A DNA stretch of 64,000 nucleotides from Minutocellus sp. GHC0000111 (taxonomy: Eukaryota), in NCBI GenBank assembly GCA_977018835.1, contig OZ361256.1, forward strand, positions 4,154,001 to 4,218,000. The letters run 5' to 3'. A model generated the notes under the pieces. It ran no database searches and was not told the DNA's origin. It was given only the letters and a program-made list of their open reading frames with translations. Shown here piece after piece: positions 1 to 11,681 of this stretch. Within the stretch, counting starts at the first letter, position 1. Each line of letters opens with the position of its first letter. A program made the translations under genes and the position numbers.

Positions 1-337
1 CCCCCTTTGGCTCCTCGGACATGAGCAAGAAGGGCAAGAAGAAAGGCAAGAGGAAGGCGAGTGGGCCCGCGACCAAATCTTGCAATGGCTGTGGTAGAGA
101 ATTGCCTCAAGATGACTACAGCAAGAAGCAATGGGGCAGAGAAGGTGGCGCTTGCATCACCTGCACCAATAAGAAGACGAGGAAGCACAATGCTGACGCC
201 AAGGCTAGAGCTATTGCAGCAAAGACCGAGAGTCAGAGGGTTGAATCTGCTCCATTAGCCGTAGATCGTTCATTGGCAGCATTGCGTGCCCCTAGCAAGA
301 AGGCATTGACCACTACTGTTGCTGGCAACAAGCCGAA

Positions 338-731
338 GGCGGCCGTCTCTGCATCTGTACCCAATACCAGATCTGAGTCGTTACTGCTGGAGGATCGAGG
401 TACTACGACGGCGGCCGGCTCTGCATCTGCTCCCAATACTAGATCTGAGTCGTCACTGCCGAAGGATCGACGTATCGTTGGTGGTACTGGTGGTGGATCT
501 GCGACGGCGGCCGGCTCTGCATCTGCTCCCAATACCAGATCTGAGTCGTCACTGCTGGAGGATCGAGGTACTACGACGGCGGCCGGCTCTGCATCTGCAC
601 CTCGATCTGCGACGGCGGCCGTCTCTGCATCTGCTCCCAATACCAGATCTGAGTCGTCACTGCTGGAGGATCGAGGTACTACGACGGCGGCCGGCTCTGC
701 ATCTGCTCCCAATACCAGATCTGAGTCGTCA
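338..731 (+). repeat. Coding tandem repeat, ~72-bp unit (TAAGSASAPNTRSESSLLEDRGTT), about 5 copies with partial units
   Basis: Recurring gcggccggctctgcatctgctcccaataccagatctgagtcgtcactgctggaggatcgaggtactacgac. Confidence 0.95.
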
Positions 732-3340
732 TGATTTATCTTCTGACTTTGTCAAAAAGCCTCGCAGTTGGAGGAGACGGATTGCATCGGTTGCTAGCTC
801 ATCAGATGATGACGACGGCGGCACCAAACTGCCCAGCAGCAGTGACGAGCCCGCTGCCGACGAGGAATGCTCAATCATCGATGCGCTGGGTGTCGATAGT
901 GCAGAGATTTTGCGGAAGATGGTTTCAGGTCGCAAACCAGCTTCTATCCAGCTTAGTCTTCGGTCAGTGCTTGACCTTATGAGTATCGCCAAGGCGCACA
1001 ATGCGTGCCGTGTGGGCTGCCCTCGATCTGTGTGGAACACAGTCCACGAGGAAACAGCAGCAAGGACGAGGCTATCTCTTCCCATGGGCAGTGCAAGCGA
1101 GACCAAGGCCCAAGCTCTGCGAAATCTCTACATGAGAAACTACGATGATCACAATAACAAGGATGGCATTGTCATGATGACGATGTTGGCTGAATCGGTT
1201 GAATCTGATGTCAACCGATTCCCGTCCGGGGTGAACTTTGTATTGGAACGTTATTGCAGGGGAGAAGGTGGTCGATACGAAGCGTGTCAAACAGCCACCG
1301 AATCAGCAGGAGCTCTCCGCCATCGGGTGGATGCCATTGTCTCATCGAATTGGAGAGATCCGCGGGATGGACTCAAATCTGAGGTTGCAAAAGTATTTTG
1401 ACTCAAGCCCAAGAGTCGGCCGGTCCCGCCTCCTTGCATCGACGCTGCTAGTATTGAAAAGTTGAAAGTAATTGTCGAGCTACAGCAAATGCCCTCCGCT
1501 CTTTTCCGACGCATTTTGAGTTGCTTCAGGGAGGAGTCGTATGGCCCTGGTGACATCATCGTAAGAGCAGGAAAAGCAAGCAGGCTTTGCCTTTGTATCG
1601 ATGGTCACGTTAGGATTAGCATTCTCAACGACAATGGAACTTTCAAGGAGACTCGATCCATCCGCCCGGGTCAGTATTTTGGCGAAGGGATCTTGCTTCC
1701 AGTAGGTGCTGAACGTCGCCCCGCTCTCTTAACTGCTTTAGCTGTTGACGCCGATACAAAGTGCCTTACTTTGGATCAATCTCAATATGATCGCGCAATC
1801 GTCCAATGCTCTTTCGACTCAATCATTGACAGGGACAGTCCGTCCTCGTGGGGAGAGATACTCGCCACAGCAGGTACCGACACCGAGCGTCAGTGCATCG
1901 GGATGAGACGCTGCAAGAAAGCTACCGCTGCACGCTTATTGCAGACTTGGAAAAGGTATTGCAAAGAGATTCCAGAAAGCAGCACAGAAGCGAGCGACAT
2001 CCTCACTGATCCTCGCGTTATCGACTTTCTTGGAGGATACAAGTATGTAGCGCGCATCATGACACTCAGCCAAACGTGCTGCGATAGTGTTGTTTCAAGC
2101 ATGTGTGAGAATCAAATCCGGTCTATAGAGTGTGCACTCATCTCGTCCTCTCAAAACTCCCGACTAGATCTGATCAATCGATTCCTGACTCTCGTGTGTC
2201 TGAAAATTGTCCAAGAAGGTGGCGACACTACCTTTCTGAGCAATAGCGAAAAAAGGCTCTGTAAGAAGCTTATCGTCGAAGAGTTTCCACATCATCACGG
2301 GGAGATTCTTCACATGGTCACAGATCGATTCCTCTTTGGAATGGAAAATGCTGAGGGAGGCAGCCCCTACCAGTTCTTCTCAACTCTCCACCGTCTCGTT
2401 TGTGAGCGGAGCATTCGTGGTCTTCTTAAGATTTGCCCCATCGATAAATGCGAAATCCCTATGTGCATGAAGCTTGCATCAGTCGATGCTAGTCAGAAGG
2501 TACACGTGGTAGTATTCACGAGAGTCTCGGAAGACAACGGCCGGACAGAGCACGACCATGCTGTGCAGAAGACTAAGTGCAGAGAAATTGTACAAAGCTG
2601 GTATCGACAGCACCATCCCAGTAGGAATCCAGAAGATCTTGTAATCATTCATATTGGTGAAGATGAACAGACGGGATATCACGCAGACAAAGACGTCTGG
2701 GATGTCGAGAATGTGCTCCTCACGGGGGAGATTAGCGCTTTCGCCTTAGTCAACGAAGAGCGCATCGGTCGCGCTCCAGCAGTAGCCTCTGCCATGCTGG
2801 CATGTGTCTCCGAAGGAGCGAAAGCAGGTACAAGTCCAGGGCCAGTCCATCTCTTGTGCCACTCGCTTTCCTCATCACCGCAAGGTTCCATCGGCCCAAG
2901 AATTCTCGACAAGGTCACGGTGTCTCTGTACAACAAACGCATCAAACAAAAAAGCAACCACAACGCCCTCATTGATCGAAAATCCCGTTCGTTTCGTATT
3001 CCGACCAGTGCAGAAGACATCTTTAGTTTCGATGACAGTGGTATTGCAACACCACTACCCAGTGACTATCTGCCGACTGAGAAGGGTTACGATCCAAGCT
3101 CGAATCCAGGCAATCAGATGTTTGATAAGATCTGCTCAGAAAATTTTGATAGACACAAGAATGCTAGCACAGCAGAGAGAGGACGGATCAATATGGAGAT
3201 CATCTTGGCTTTCAAGGCTACGGGCGGACGCATATTGAAGAGAGACAACCAAACTGGCCTTTTCTACGAGGTAGATGTCAGCATTGCCAAGAACAAGGTG
3301 TCTAGCTGGATGACGACTCGACGGGAAAAGGAAAAGAAGA

Positions 3341-3457
3341 AGAGTAGGAAGTCCGCTGGGGGATCTAAGACGACCAAGAAGAGTACCAAGTCGACCGGGG
3401 GATCGAAGACGACCAAGAAGAGTACCAAGTCGACCGGGGGATCGAAGACGACCAAGA
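3341..3457 (+). repeat. Coding tandem repeat, 3 x 39 bp (KSTKSTGGSKTTK)
   Basis: agagtaccaagtcgaccgggggatcgaagacgaccaaga: two exact copies and one variant. Confidence 0.9.
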
Positions 3458-4285
3458 CGGGAAATAGCGCAAAGTCAGGCTCCAATGTGTCGGAGAGCTC
3501 CACACGCCCAAGGCGTAGGAAGGCGAAGAAGGGGGAAGCAGCCAATGATGACACTGTTCAGCCTCGTGAGACCGACACCAAGCGTGCTGCTGCACGTAGT
3601 CGCAGATCTGCAACTAAAAAGAAGCAAAAGAGTAGGAACAATTTGAGCTCCGATAGTGAGTGCAATAGTGAATGCGAAGAGTTGGGGGGAGTTGATGCGC
3701 CGACAACAACAAAAGCAGGACGACGCCAGAAAGCTTCGAAGGCTTCGAGAAATATCCAACTCAGCGTCGAAGATGATGATGAAGAGAGTGACTATGTCGA
3801 TGAGTAAGACTATTGGACTGGTTCGCCAAGATTGAGCGCATCTATTATAGTCCTTAAGTCAAGTAAGCTCACAAATAGCCTGAGTGTTGTTCTTTTGCCC
3901 CCCCAAGTGTCCCTTTATTCGCCTTTTGGGATCCCTATTCGTATTGGCGTATTGGTAGAGTCTTTTGTTTTTTGTTCCCTCCTTCGAGATCTCCCGAGAG
4001 ATGCCCACTGAGCCATTGAGATACACATGCATATGCTGCTATTACACTTTACACAGGAGGATCGCATTGTAAGATGTCCCTCTTCTCTTGATCATATTGT
4101 GCTATCGCTATAAATAAATATTCTTCTACTAGAATTCCTTTGTAGAAAATTCTATTGTGGTATTTGATCAGCCTGCACCAAGCCTTGGTTACACTTTTCT
4201 TTCGATGTTAATTCAAATGATTGATTCCCCAATGAACGTCTGTATCACAAAGCCAGGCCACCATGGCAGTATACTAGTATGTTCA

Positions 4286-5311
4286 TCAGATATTGATATC
4301 CTCGTAACTGTCCGCGGCTCGCATTTTGAATGTCGACCAAACCGACGGATTGATGTCGCGATCGGGCACAACGCTTCCCGGTCCTTCCGAGTACTGGTCA
4401 AGCAGACCGTCCAAGTAGTCATTGAGAAGGCACATATCATCGGACGACACATCCCCGCCATCCTCGCGCCACACCACGACCGGGCCAATGTTGCCCTGCC
4501 ACTGACTGGGGGCAAAGCCGCTCACCAGATCAATCATCATCCAGGTGACCCACTGGTTGTCATAATCGGGCCGGCTTCGAAGGACAGTGCGGGGCCTCAC
4601 CTTGGCAATGCGGAGGGGAAATCCTAGCTTGGCAGCGATCGGGCAGCTCACCGAGGGATAGTGGCGCGAGTCCTGCAAAATGGCCTTGGGCCAGCGCACC
4701 GTCTGACGGAATCCGCCGAGGAAATGTTCCTCCCCCGAACACGACATGCGGCACACCTTGACGGTATCTTCGTCGGGTATGGGATCCAAATTCACCCTCT
4801 TGATTGCCGCCGTGGAGCCATTTGTGACGCTCAGGCGACGGACCTCGAAGCGATCGTCGTCGGCGGTCTCCACCTGACGAAGGATCTCGGCGTACTGCCC
4901 ATTCCACTCGGGACGGTTCCGAAGATCCTTGAGTTTCACCCATCGGTGTCGGCCGAATGGATTGCGGTACTCCTCGTCGACCAGGCGATTGTCCTCGGCC
5001 CTGGAACGCTCCCATTGGCCGAGTGACTCCGTTACCTCGTCGGCGCTAAGGAATACCGATGACTCGTTCCGCCGATGCTGCCGATGCAGTCGATGGGATG
5101 CTTGCCGCCGTTGTTGCCAACGGTGCTGGAATTCTTTCGCTTCCCGAGACCAGCACCACTGCCGTTGCTGCCGCTGGTACGAGCGCCGAACGCAGGCTGC
5201 TGCTGCTGCTGCCGAGCGACCGGCGAGACGAGGGCGGCTCCCTCGTTTCTGTTGGTAGAGGTGGTAGTTGGGATCATGGTTTGGGCTTCCGGTTGGACTG
5301 TTGTTATTCAC
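4286..5311 (-). CDS. Hypothetical protein with an SH3/KOW-like 'LKDLRNRPEWNGQYAEI' segment and a conserved C-terminal 'NQWVTWMMID..GFAP..WQG..GPVVVWREDG' domain
   Basis: 341-aa ORF with a globular, protein-like C-terminal half; start uncertain (GTG). Confidence 0.7.
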   Translation of the reverse strand: MNNNSPTGSPNHDPNYHLYQQKRGSRPRLAGRSAAAAAACVRRSYQRQQRQWCWSREAKEFQHRWQQRRQASHRLHRQHRRNESSVFLSADEVTESLGQWERSRAEDNRLVDEEYRNPFGRHRWVKLKDLRNRPEWNGQYAEILRQVETADDDRFEVRRLSVTNGSTAAIKRVNLDPIPDEDTVKVCRMSCSGEEHFLGGFRQTVRWPKAILQDSRHYPSVSCPIAAKLGFPLRIAKVRPRTVLRSRPDYDNQWVTWMMIDLVSGFAPSQWQGNIGPVVVWREDGGDVSSDDMCLLNDYLDGLLDQYSEGPGSVVPDRDINPSVWSTFKMRAADSYEDINI

Positions 5312-5825
5312 CTAACTCGACTGCGAGGCAGAGATGTGCTGGAATTGCCGTGGCGTATTTGGCGTCGTATCCAAAAAACATCGTTGGACTTGTGGAAATC
5401 CGGGTGCTTTTTGCCGGACCTCGCCTCGCGCGACGCGCGCGAGCGACGCACCAAAAAACATGAAACCTCATTTTGCCGGTCAAAGCAAGTGATGTCGATG
5501 GGAAATGCACAGCAAGCAACGGCCAACAGCAAGGGCATGCCAGCACAGTGCTGGGCGGCATAGAATGAAGCAATGGGCGGGGGAAATGGGCCGATGCGAA
5601 GGACCTGCGGGTTAGCACTATTTCCATGGCGTAATATCGATGCAATGGATTTTTTCACTTCATTGCACTGGCTGAAAGTGGCTTTCATGGAGAAAACACA
5701 AAAAGACACGCCAATTTCTGACAACAACGCATGAATTGTTGCGCCATGTGGCGGTTCTTGGGAGCATTTCGCCCGCGAAGAACACGCCCAGTCAGTCAAA
5801 AAAATCACACTTTCCGGCGCAGCCG

Positions 5826-5983
5826 GAACTTTCCAGAAAGTGGCCGCGCAGCGGCCACGTGTCGCCGCGAGGAACGGACGACGCCGGGACGGCGCACCGC
5901 GCGCGCCGGCCGCGCTTTCTGGAAAGTGCAAGACATCCAGTGAGACTTAAAAGCGCTGCTGACGTGGCGAATTCTTTCCAGAA
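5826..5983. promoter_or_regulatory. Cluster of heat-shock-element-like sites (GAAnnTTCnnGAA), partly arranged as a 13-bp inverted repeat
   Basis: GAACTTTCCAGAA at 5826-5838; actttccagaaag (5828-5840) is inverted at 5915-5927; a further tttccagaaa lies near 5975. Confidence 0.4.
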
Positions 5984-6072
5984 ACCCCCTCGAAATCGCG
6001 CAGCCGAATCACTTCACGCACCATCACAACAAATAAATTAGATCTAGTACATGTGTTACGAGAGCTACATAT

Positions 6073-8315
6073 CTACTTACTGCCGCCGCTTTTGCGTAAA
6101 AAATGAGAATCAAGTGATGTCTGGGAGTTGCTTTCCGATGCCTCCTTCATGCTGCTTGCTTTGTGCTTAGTTTTGATCTTTTGGGCTCGCGAACCCACAC
6201 CAGAGTATCCATCCTTGTGGTTGCCATCTTCGGGAGAGCCTTCCATCTTATTTAGCAGGTCTAGTGCACGCCGAGAAATACTGCGGACTTTATCTTCTAG
6301 AGCCGGATCACTGTGGCCTTTTTTTCACAGGAATTTCTTCTCGTCGTCCTCAACGACAGCATCGAGAAGGTCAAGACAGTGGTTGTACTTGGCGTTGTCT
6401 GTAAACCTGCCCGGTCTCTCCAAACCCGTAAAAACAAATCCATCGTTCAGCAGACCCTGTTTGTATGCACCGGATATAATGTCGTGCAACGCAGTTCCTC
6501 CATGAAGTTGATCGGCGTCGACGCTGTCATAGTTCTTCTCCAATTCCACCTCTTCAGGTGGGTAATCCAACTGCACAGGGGTGCTGGTAATAAAACTTTC
6601 GTCTGTCTTTCTCTTCTTGCTGGAATTGGGCTCGGGCGATTTCGGCAAATTGAACATACTTCCCATCTTTTTTGAAAACTTCACAATTTCCTTCCGATCT
6701 TGTCGCTCGTCCTCAAGCAGAGTCTGGAGCAGAATGTTCTGTCTCTTCAGGTCGGCAAGTTCGTTCGAAAGCTGAGACAGCATTTGAGATTGCTGATTGA
6801 GAGTATTGATAACTTGAATGCTATTGCTAGCATTAGTAAGAGGCTGGAAATCAGGATTGCGGGATTTGAAGTCTTTCAAGATGAGCTCGGACCAGCATTT
6901 GAGAGCTCCAATAGAAGTGCCACAGGAGGAGCGAGAATCCAATATGTTAGCTGCCTTGAATCCGTCTCGAAGGGCAAGACTCACAGCATTCGTTGGACCG
7001 AGGTCAGAAGTGACTTGGACATCGTACATAATCAAAGAAGCGATGCATATTTCGACTATTGGGTAGAGACGGCCGTTCGGAAAAAAATCAGGGAGAGAGC
7101 AGTTGACGAGTTTCATTATAAGCCTGTCGGTAACCTCATTTTATCAACTCCCACACAACGAAGATTAGGAGGATGAACAAAGGCGCCAAAATCGACCCAA
7201 CCAGCAAGAGCCTTCGCCGCTGACAAAGAGACAGAAGGATCGGAGCGGTCGAAATAGTTCTCTTGGTTGGTGCCAACGGTATGGCCAGATCGAGCATGAC
7301 TGGGATAAAACCCCACATTCATAGCACCCATTTCAGTAATAGATCCGATACGCGACGACTTGGCAGTGACCTTCTTCCTCTCTTCTTTTGGTATCGCATC
7401 CGATAAATTCTTCTGTATCGCCGACGTTTGCCACCGCGATGCACCACTTCCAGCCATGGTTCTCAGCTGTGGAAAGAGGTGGGTGTTCAGTTTCTTCCCA
7501 TCATCCGACTGCATACGATATAGTCCCCTCTCAACAACCACATATGAACCAAGAGCATGAAATACATCGCTGTACGGTTCATCCTTGTTTGGAACGAAAG
7601 GGCAGGAATATCTGTTGAGCGTCTTCTGCTCGGTCCACATAGTATCCAGCGCCATCAGAAAAGGATCGAATTTGAAGTGAGCGGTATCAAGGTACTTCAC
7701 TTCGCCTCCTCTGCCGACACCGTGCTTGGTAAGGACAAGTGCAAGGCGTTTGGCAGCAAGGCCAGTTGCAACATCACCAATCTTCGTACCGCGGAGCATA
7801 TTTTTTCCAATATCCTCAACATTGAGGAGGTTCATCCAGTGGGGAGGCGCGGTGGTAGTTTCTCCATCCCCATGACGAGCTTTCCGATACAGAGCAAGCT
7901 TCGGCTCCTGTCCGAAGGTGTCACTCTTTTGCTGTTGGCTGCGTTGGCAGGCCTTCTTAAAAGATGCACCAGAAAACTCTCCACGTAGACCATCGTCTTT
8001 CCAGAGAGGGTCGTCAGGGCAAATCTTCTCCAGCAAATTCAGTGCCTTGCCCAAATATTCGTTGAGGGTCGTGTACTTGAGGAATTTCGATGGGACGAGA
8101 CTGGAATCGTTGAGATACTTTTCAAAATTGAGTGGTATGTTAGTATCTGCGAGCCATGTGGCATATGCGCGGCCCAACTGCTCGATGCCGCCGTCCTCGA
8201 GATACGACGGGTCCAAATCGGAAGAAGCAACACCGCCAAACACTTCGATGAGAAAGTGATCGAAAAGTTTTATGCCGGACCCATCGGAGGCTTTTGTAGA
8301 ATCGGCGCGGCCCAT
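6073..8315 (-). mobile_element. Degenerate tyrosine-recombinase ORF, Crypton-like DNA transposon
   Basis: ATG at 8315. YR-like catalytic layout: GVGRGGEV (R), TAKSSRIG (HxxR-like), HARSGH (H), QENYFD (Y). One-base loss in an A run near 7140 and an in-frame TGA at 6325-6327; the frame stays open to TAG at 6073. No RT or RNase H nearby. Confidence 0.75.
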
Positions 8316-8504
8316 ATCGCCTGCCAGCTCCTTGCCGCGCCGGCAGTGCCTTGTTGTGGAGAAGGCTGCTGTACTGCGCTCTTCTTCTGCAGCGCCGCCG
8401 CAGCGGTCTGCTTTCCTTGCGCTCGCAGCATATTCATGTCGAGGAATAATGAGGTGCTGCTGCTTTCGAGCGGACGTCAATCGACCAGAAGGGAACCAGG
8501 AAGG

Positions 8505-9677
8505 ATGCAGCGACGTCGCTCGACCGACATTCTCGCCAAGGAAAACATTATGGCCCTTCTCGACGAGCTGAGCGACAGCGACGGAGAGGGCGGCGGTGGC
8601 GGTACCAACGACGACGATTCGGTCGACACCCTGCGCCTCGAGGCCATGGCGCAGGAGCAGCAGCTCCAGAAGCAGTTCAACCAAAGCTTCAGCATCCACG
8701 ACGCCGTCGCCATGACCAAGTCCAGCAAGCAGGCCGAGCCTTCCTCGCCAGGAGGAGGAGGAGGCGGGAAGGCGAAGCGGGGCAAGCGTCCCCCGTCGGC
8801 GGCCAAGATCGACCAGGACTTCATCGTTACGGCTCTGAGCCGGAACGATCTGTTCCTCGACCTCGATTTGAGCCAGGAACGCATCGCCGAGGCCGCGACG
8901 CGATTCGAACGGGCCAGCTACGCCGACGGCACCGTCATCCTCGAGCAGGGCGACGACGACTTCCAGTCTATGTACTGGTATCTGATCGCCAAGGGACGGT
9001 GCCAGGTCCTCATCGATGGCCGACCGCTGCCCCGGATGGGACGGTACGGCGGGCTGACGCGGGGCAAGACTTTTGGCGAAGTCAGTTTGATGAGGGAGGA
9101 AGCCCGAAGTGCCACCATCGTGGCCGAGGGGGAGGTCGTATTGTACCAGTTGGCCCGGAGGGACTTTTTGGAGGTCATTGAGATGACGCATGTTCTCGGT
9201 AGCAATGATAGCAGTACCGGTAATGAGGAGGAGAATCACAACGATGAGCAACAGCAGACCCCGGGCGACACATCGGTAGAGTCTGACAAGGTTGTCGGCG
9301 GGGTGCTCAACGAGGCCGGGTCCTCCGGTGCGTCCCACGAAAGGCAATGGTCGCAGGATCTTACCGAGGAGAGGAGTAGTCGATACGAGGAGAGCATGCC
9401 CCAGCTGACGGACGTGACGAAGGAGGAGGAGGGTGGATCGTCCAGCGGTCTGCTTGGATCGTGGTACGACCAAACGACGACGAGGATGGCCCCGCTCATG
9501 CAGAGGGGAGAGTCCGCCGCCTCCATCGCGGCGAAGAGCAGCGCCATACACCGGGTGGCCAGCACCGGCACCTTTGCGCAGAAGCTGTTTTCCATCGTCG
9601 GGGCAGGTCTGAAGGAGGAGATTGGTGAACATGCACACGAAAGGGCGACCCATCGAAAGACTTGGGCTGGGCCGTGA
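8505..9677 (+). CDS. Cyclic-nucleotide-binding domain protein (PKA-regulatory/PKG-like single cNMP domain)
   Basis: GTVILEQGD..YWYLIAKG..GKTFGEVSLM..ARSATIVAE. Confidence 0.8.
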   Translation: MQRRRSTDILAKENIMALLDELSDSDGEGGGGGTNDDDSVDTLRLEAMAQEQQLQKQFNQSFSIHDAVAMTKSSKQAEPSSPGGGGGGKAKRGKRPPSAAKIDQDFIVTALSRNDLFLDLDLSQERIAEAATRFERASYADGTVILEQGDDDFQSMYWYLIAKGRCQVLIDGRPLPRMGRYGGLTRGKTFGEVSLMREEARSATIVAEGEVVLYQLARRDFLEVIEMTHVLGSNDSSTGNEEENHNDEQQQTPGDTSVESDKVVGGVLNEAGSSGASHERQWSQDLTEERSSRYEESMPQLTDVTKEEEGGSSSGLLGSWYDQTTTRMAPLMQRGESAASIAAKSSAIHRVASTGTFAQKLFSIVGAGLKEEIGEHAHERATHRKTWAGP

Positions 9678-9917
9678 CATCTTACTCGGTGCGCCAGAGC
9701 AATACAATGTATTATATAGAGCTAGCTTGTGGAACAAAATGAATGTAAACGATACTCTAACAATAGTCCCACATCAATGAAAATCGTGGAGACAAGGCCT
9801 GATACGTGTACTCTTGCTGTTCACTACCACGCTCATTCTACTGTAATCTACCAATGGTATGCCATGAAAACAAAACTTTCCAACGCGCTACATCATGTTT
9901 TCATCAAAGCAACTGCA

Positions 9918-11201
9918 CTAAAAGTCCTCTTCGGCGCCTTCGTTTACGTACTCCGACCATTCGACCCAGGCTCTACGCTTCTCTTCCTCGTCGACATCTT
10001 CTTGATAACCAAGGTGAGGGCTCACAACAATTTCTCCTACTCTGGAGTAATCCTTGCAAGCATGCATGGTCTTGACGTGCTCGGCCTCGTCTTCTGCGAT
10101 GTTTTTGAACACATCATAGAGATTATCGCATGGTGGACGCCTTGTCTTAGGCTTCTTTGAGACTTGGAAGTCGTCAAAGAGATACAAATTTGCGGCCTTG
10201 TAGTAGCTCCTAGCAACTCTTGGAGGTGGAAGTGTCTTCAGACGTTCCTTATTCTCCTTGAAAAATACAGAATATGTATCAACCGCGTGCGATTCCAGCA
10301 ACTCCATGAACTCATATGCTGCAGCGGGCGATGTAAGGAAGAGTGCATTGATTGCCCAGTAATATCCGATAGCAACGTGATAGCCCAAAAACCTGTCCCG
10401 CCAACGAGCATTGCCACCCAGGGCCTCCATAATCAATAAGTGGTGAAGCTCATTAAGCTCCTGTGCATTGTGAACCTTTCTGAGCTCAGGCTGTCGCCAC
10501 CACCCAAAGCTCTCGTAAAGATGCAACATGCTGATATAGCTAAAGTATGGAATTCTTGCGATCGTCTCGAGGAACCAGAATCTAGCGATGGGTCTATCCT
10601 CGAATAACTCGTCCAAGCAAAAGCATCCAACATCATAAAGAGCACGAGAAACCGGATTAGTGTCCACCTTCTCCCCGGCCCTGGCCTCGCGTCGACGCTC
10701 AGCCTCGCGGACTGCCTCGGAATCCAGTGTCAGACCGAGGCAGTTGGGCGGCATCAAATTTGGATCGACATAATTCTTTCCGCGAATGCCAATTGATGCC
10801 AAAATTTCTTGCAAGATGCTCCCACCCTGACGTTGGAAGTTGTCCAGCCCGAGTTGGAGGGCACTTTCTGGCCGTGTGCCATCCGCGTACTCTGGTTTCT
10901 CGATGTACAGACAATCGCATGACGAAGTTTGGTTCGGCGTTGACATCGCAGTGACGCCAGCGTCAGCACCAGTCTTAGAAGACGGCGGTGCAAATTCGTC
11001 GGACAATGTAGAGAAAAGCGGCTTCGCCTCCCTGGCACGAAACGTGAAAGAAGTACATGCATGAGAGCGTTGCGATGGGGCCGAGGAGATAGCAGTACGA
11101 GTAATCGGCATCACACCAAATGCGAGCGCCTGATGGCGGCCGCAAATCAAAGGCACAAATACGAGCAGCAGTGCCACAGAGGGCAAAACTAGGCGGGCCA
11201 T
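9918..11201 (-). CDS. PTOX: Plastid terminal oxidase (alternative oxidase family)
   Basis: Signal peptide plus ALAF cleavage motif; di-iron motifs ETIARIPYF, ELNELHHLLIME, ELLESHAVDTY, EDEAEH. Confidence 0.92.
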   Translation of the reverse strand: MARLVLPSVALLLVFVPLICGRHQALAFGVMPITRTAISSAPSQRSHACTSFTFRAREAKPLFSTLSDEFAPPSSKTGADAGVTAMSTPNQTSSCDCLYIEKPEYADGTRPESALQLGLDNFQRQGGSILQEILASIGIRGKNYVDPNLMPPNCLGLTLDSEAVREAERRREARAGEKVDTNPVSRALYDVGCFCLDELFEDRPIARFWFLETIARIPYFSYISMLHLYESFGWWRQPELRKVHNAQELNELHHLLIMEALGGNARWRDRFLGYHVAIGYYWAINALFLTSPAAAYEFMELLESHAVDTYSVFFKENKERLKTLPPPRVARSYYKAANLYLFDDFQVSKKPKTRRPPCDNLYDVFKNIAEDEAEHVKTMHACKDYSRVGEIVVSPHLGYQEDVDEEEKRRAWVEWSEYVNEGAEEDF

Positions 11202-11681
11202 TTCATTTGTACAATGATCAGTAACCTTTTGTGTTTATGCGTTTGGGAGGCCAGCTCTTCCAATGTCGTTAGTCCACTTTGGTGCGGGTCTCTGGTATGG
11301 GGTGCTTCCTTTCTCGGCTGGCGTCGCCGTCGAGCGAGAAAGATGGGCGGCTGCTTTTCAACTTCGCCGACATATCGCCGACTAGCCGTTGTTCGTGGTC
11401 AGTCTGCTACTAGCTACGTAGGCCTAGCTACGTAGCTAGCTACATACCTAGGTACGTACGTAGCACTACACGATAACAGCGTGTTCCCATGTTGTGATGA
11501 ATCATATTATTTTGGCCGAAACTGTTATGTTGTAAACATCTGTTCCCTTCAGCGGTGCTTCCGATGGTGCGAATTTCGCATCACACTGTTGAACGCCATG
11601 TTTCTCGCTTCCCGCTTTCAGCCCAGCCCATCACACATGCCTCGGGTGATCACCACACTCACGTAACCCAGACAGAGTGAG

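Larger units (their letters stand above)
21..3807 (+). pseudogene. Disrupted large multidomain gene: N-terminal Stc1-like Zn finger, 24-aa repeats, cNMP-binding domain, serine-recombinase-like domain, DUF6824-like domain, K/S-rich tail
   Basis: ORFs 21-734, 319-1401 and 1462-3807 join into one reading via a frameshift near 731 and an in-frame TGA at 1399-1401 (319 and 1462 are in the same frame). Motifs: CNGC..YSKKQW..CITC; GDIIVRAG..PGQYFGE (cNMP); FTRVS..ERIGR; NPGNQMF..GGRILKRD (DUF6824-like). Confidence 0.6.

Noticed and set aside
338..731. CRISPR-like appearance of the repeated 72-bp unit
   Set aside because: No unique spacers, unit is a multiple of 3 within an ORF, eukaryotic context, no cas genes
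7116..9737. 873-aa ORF as a single protein
   Set aside because: The N-terminal ~470 aa is the antisense shadow of the cNMP gene; the YR protein plausibly starts at ATG 8315
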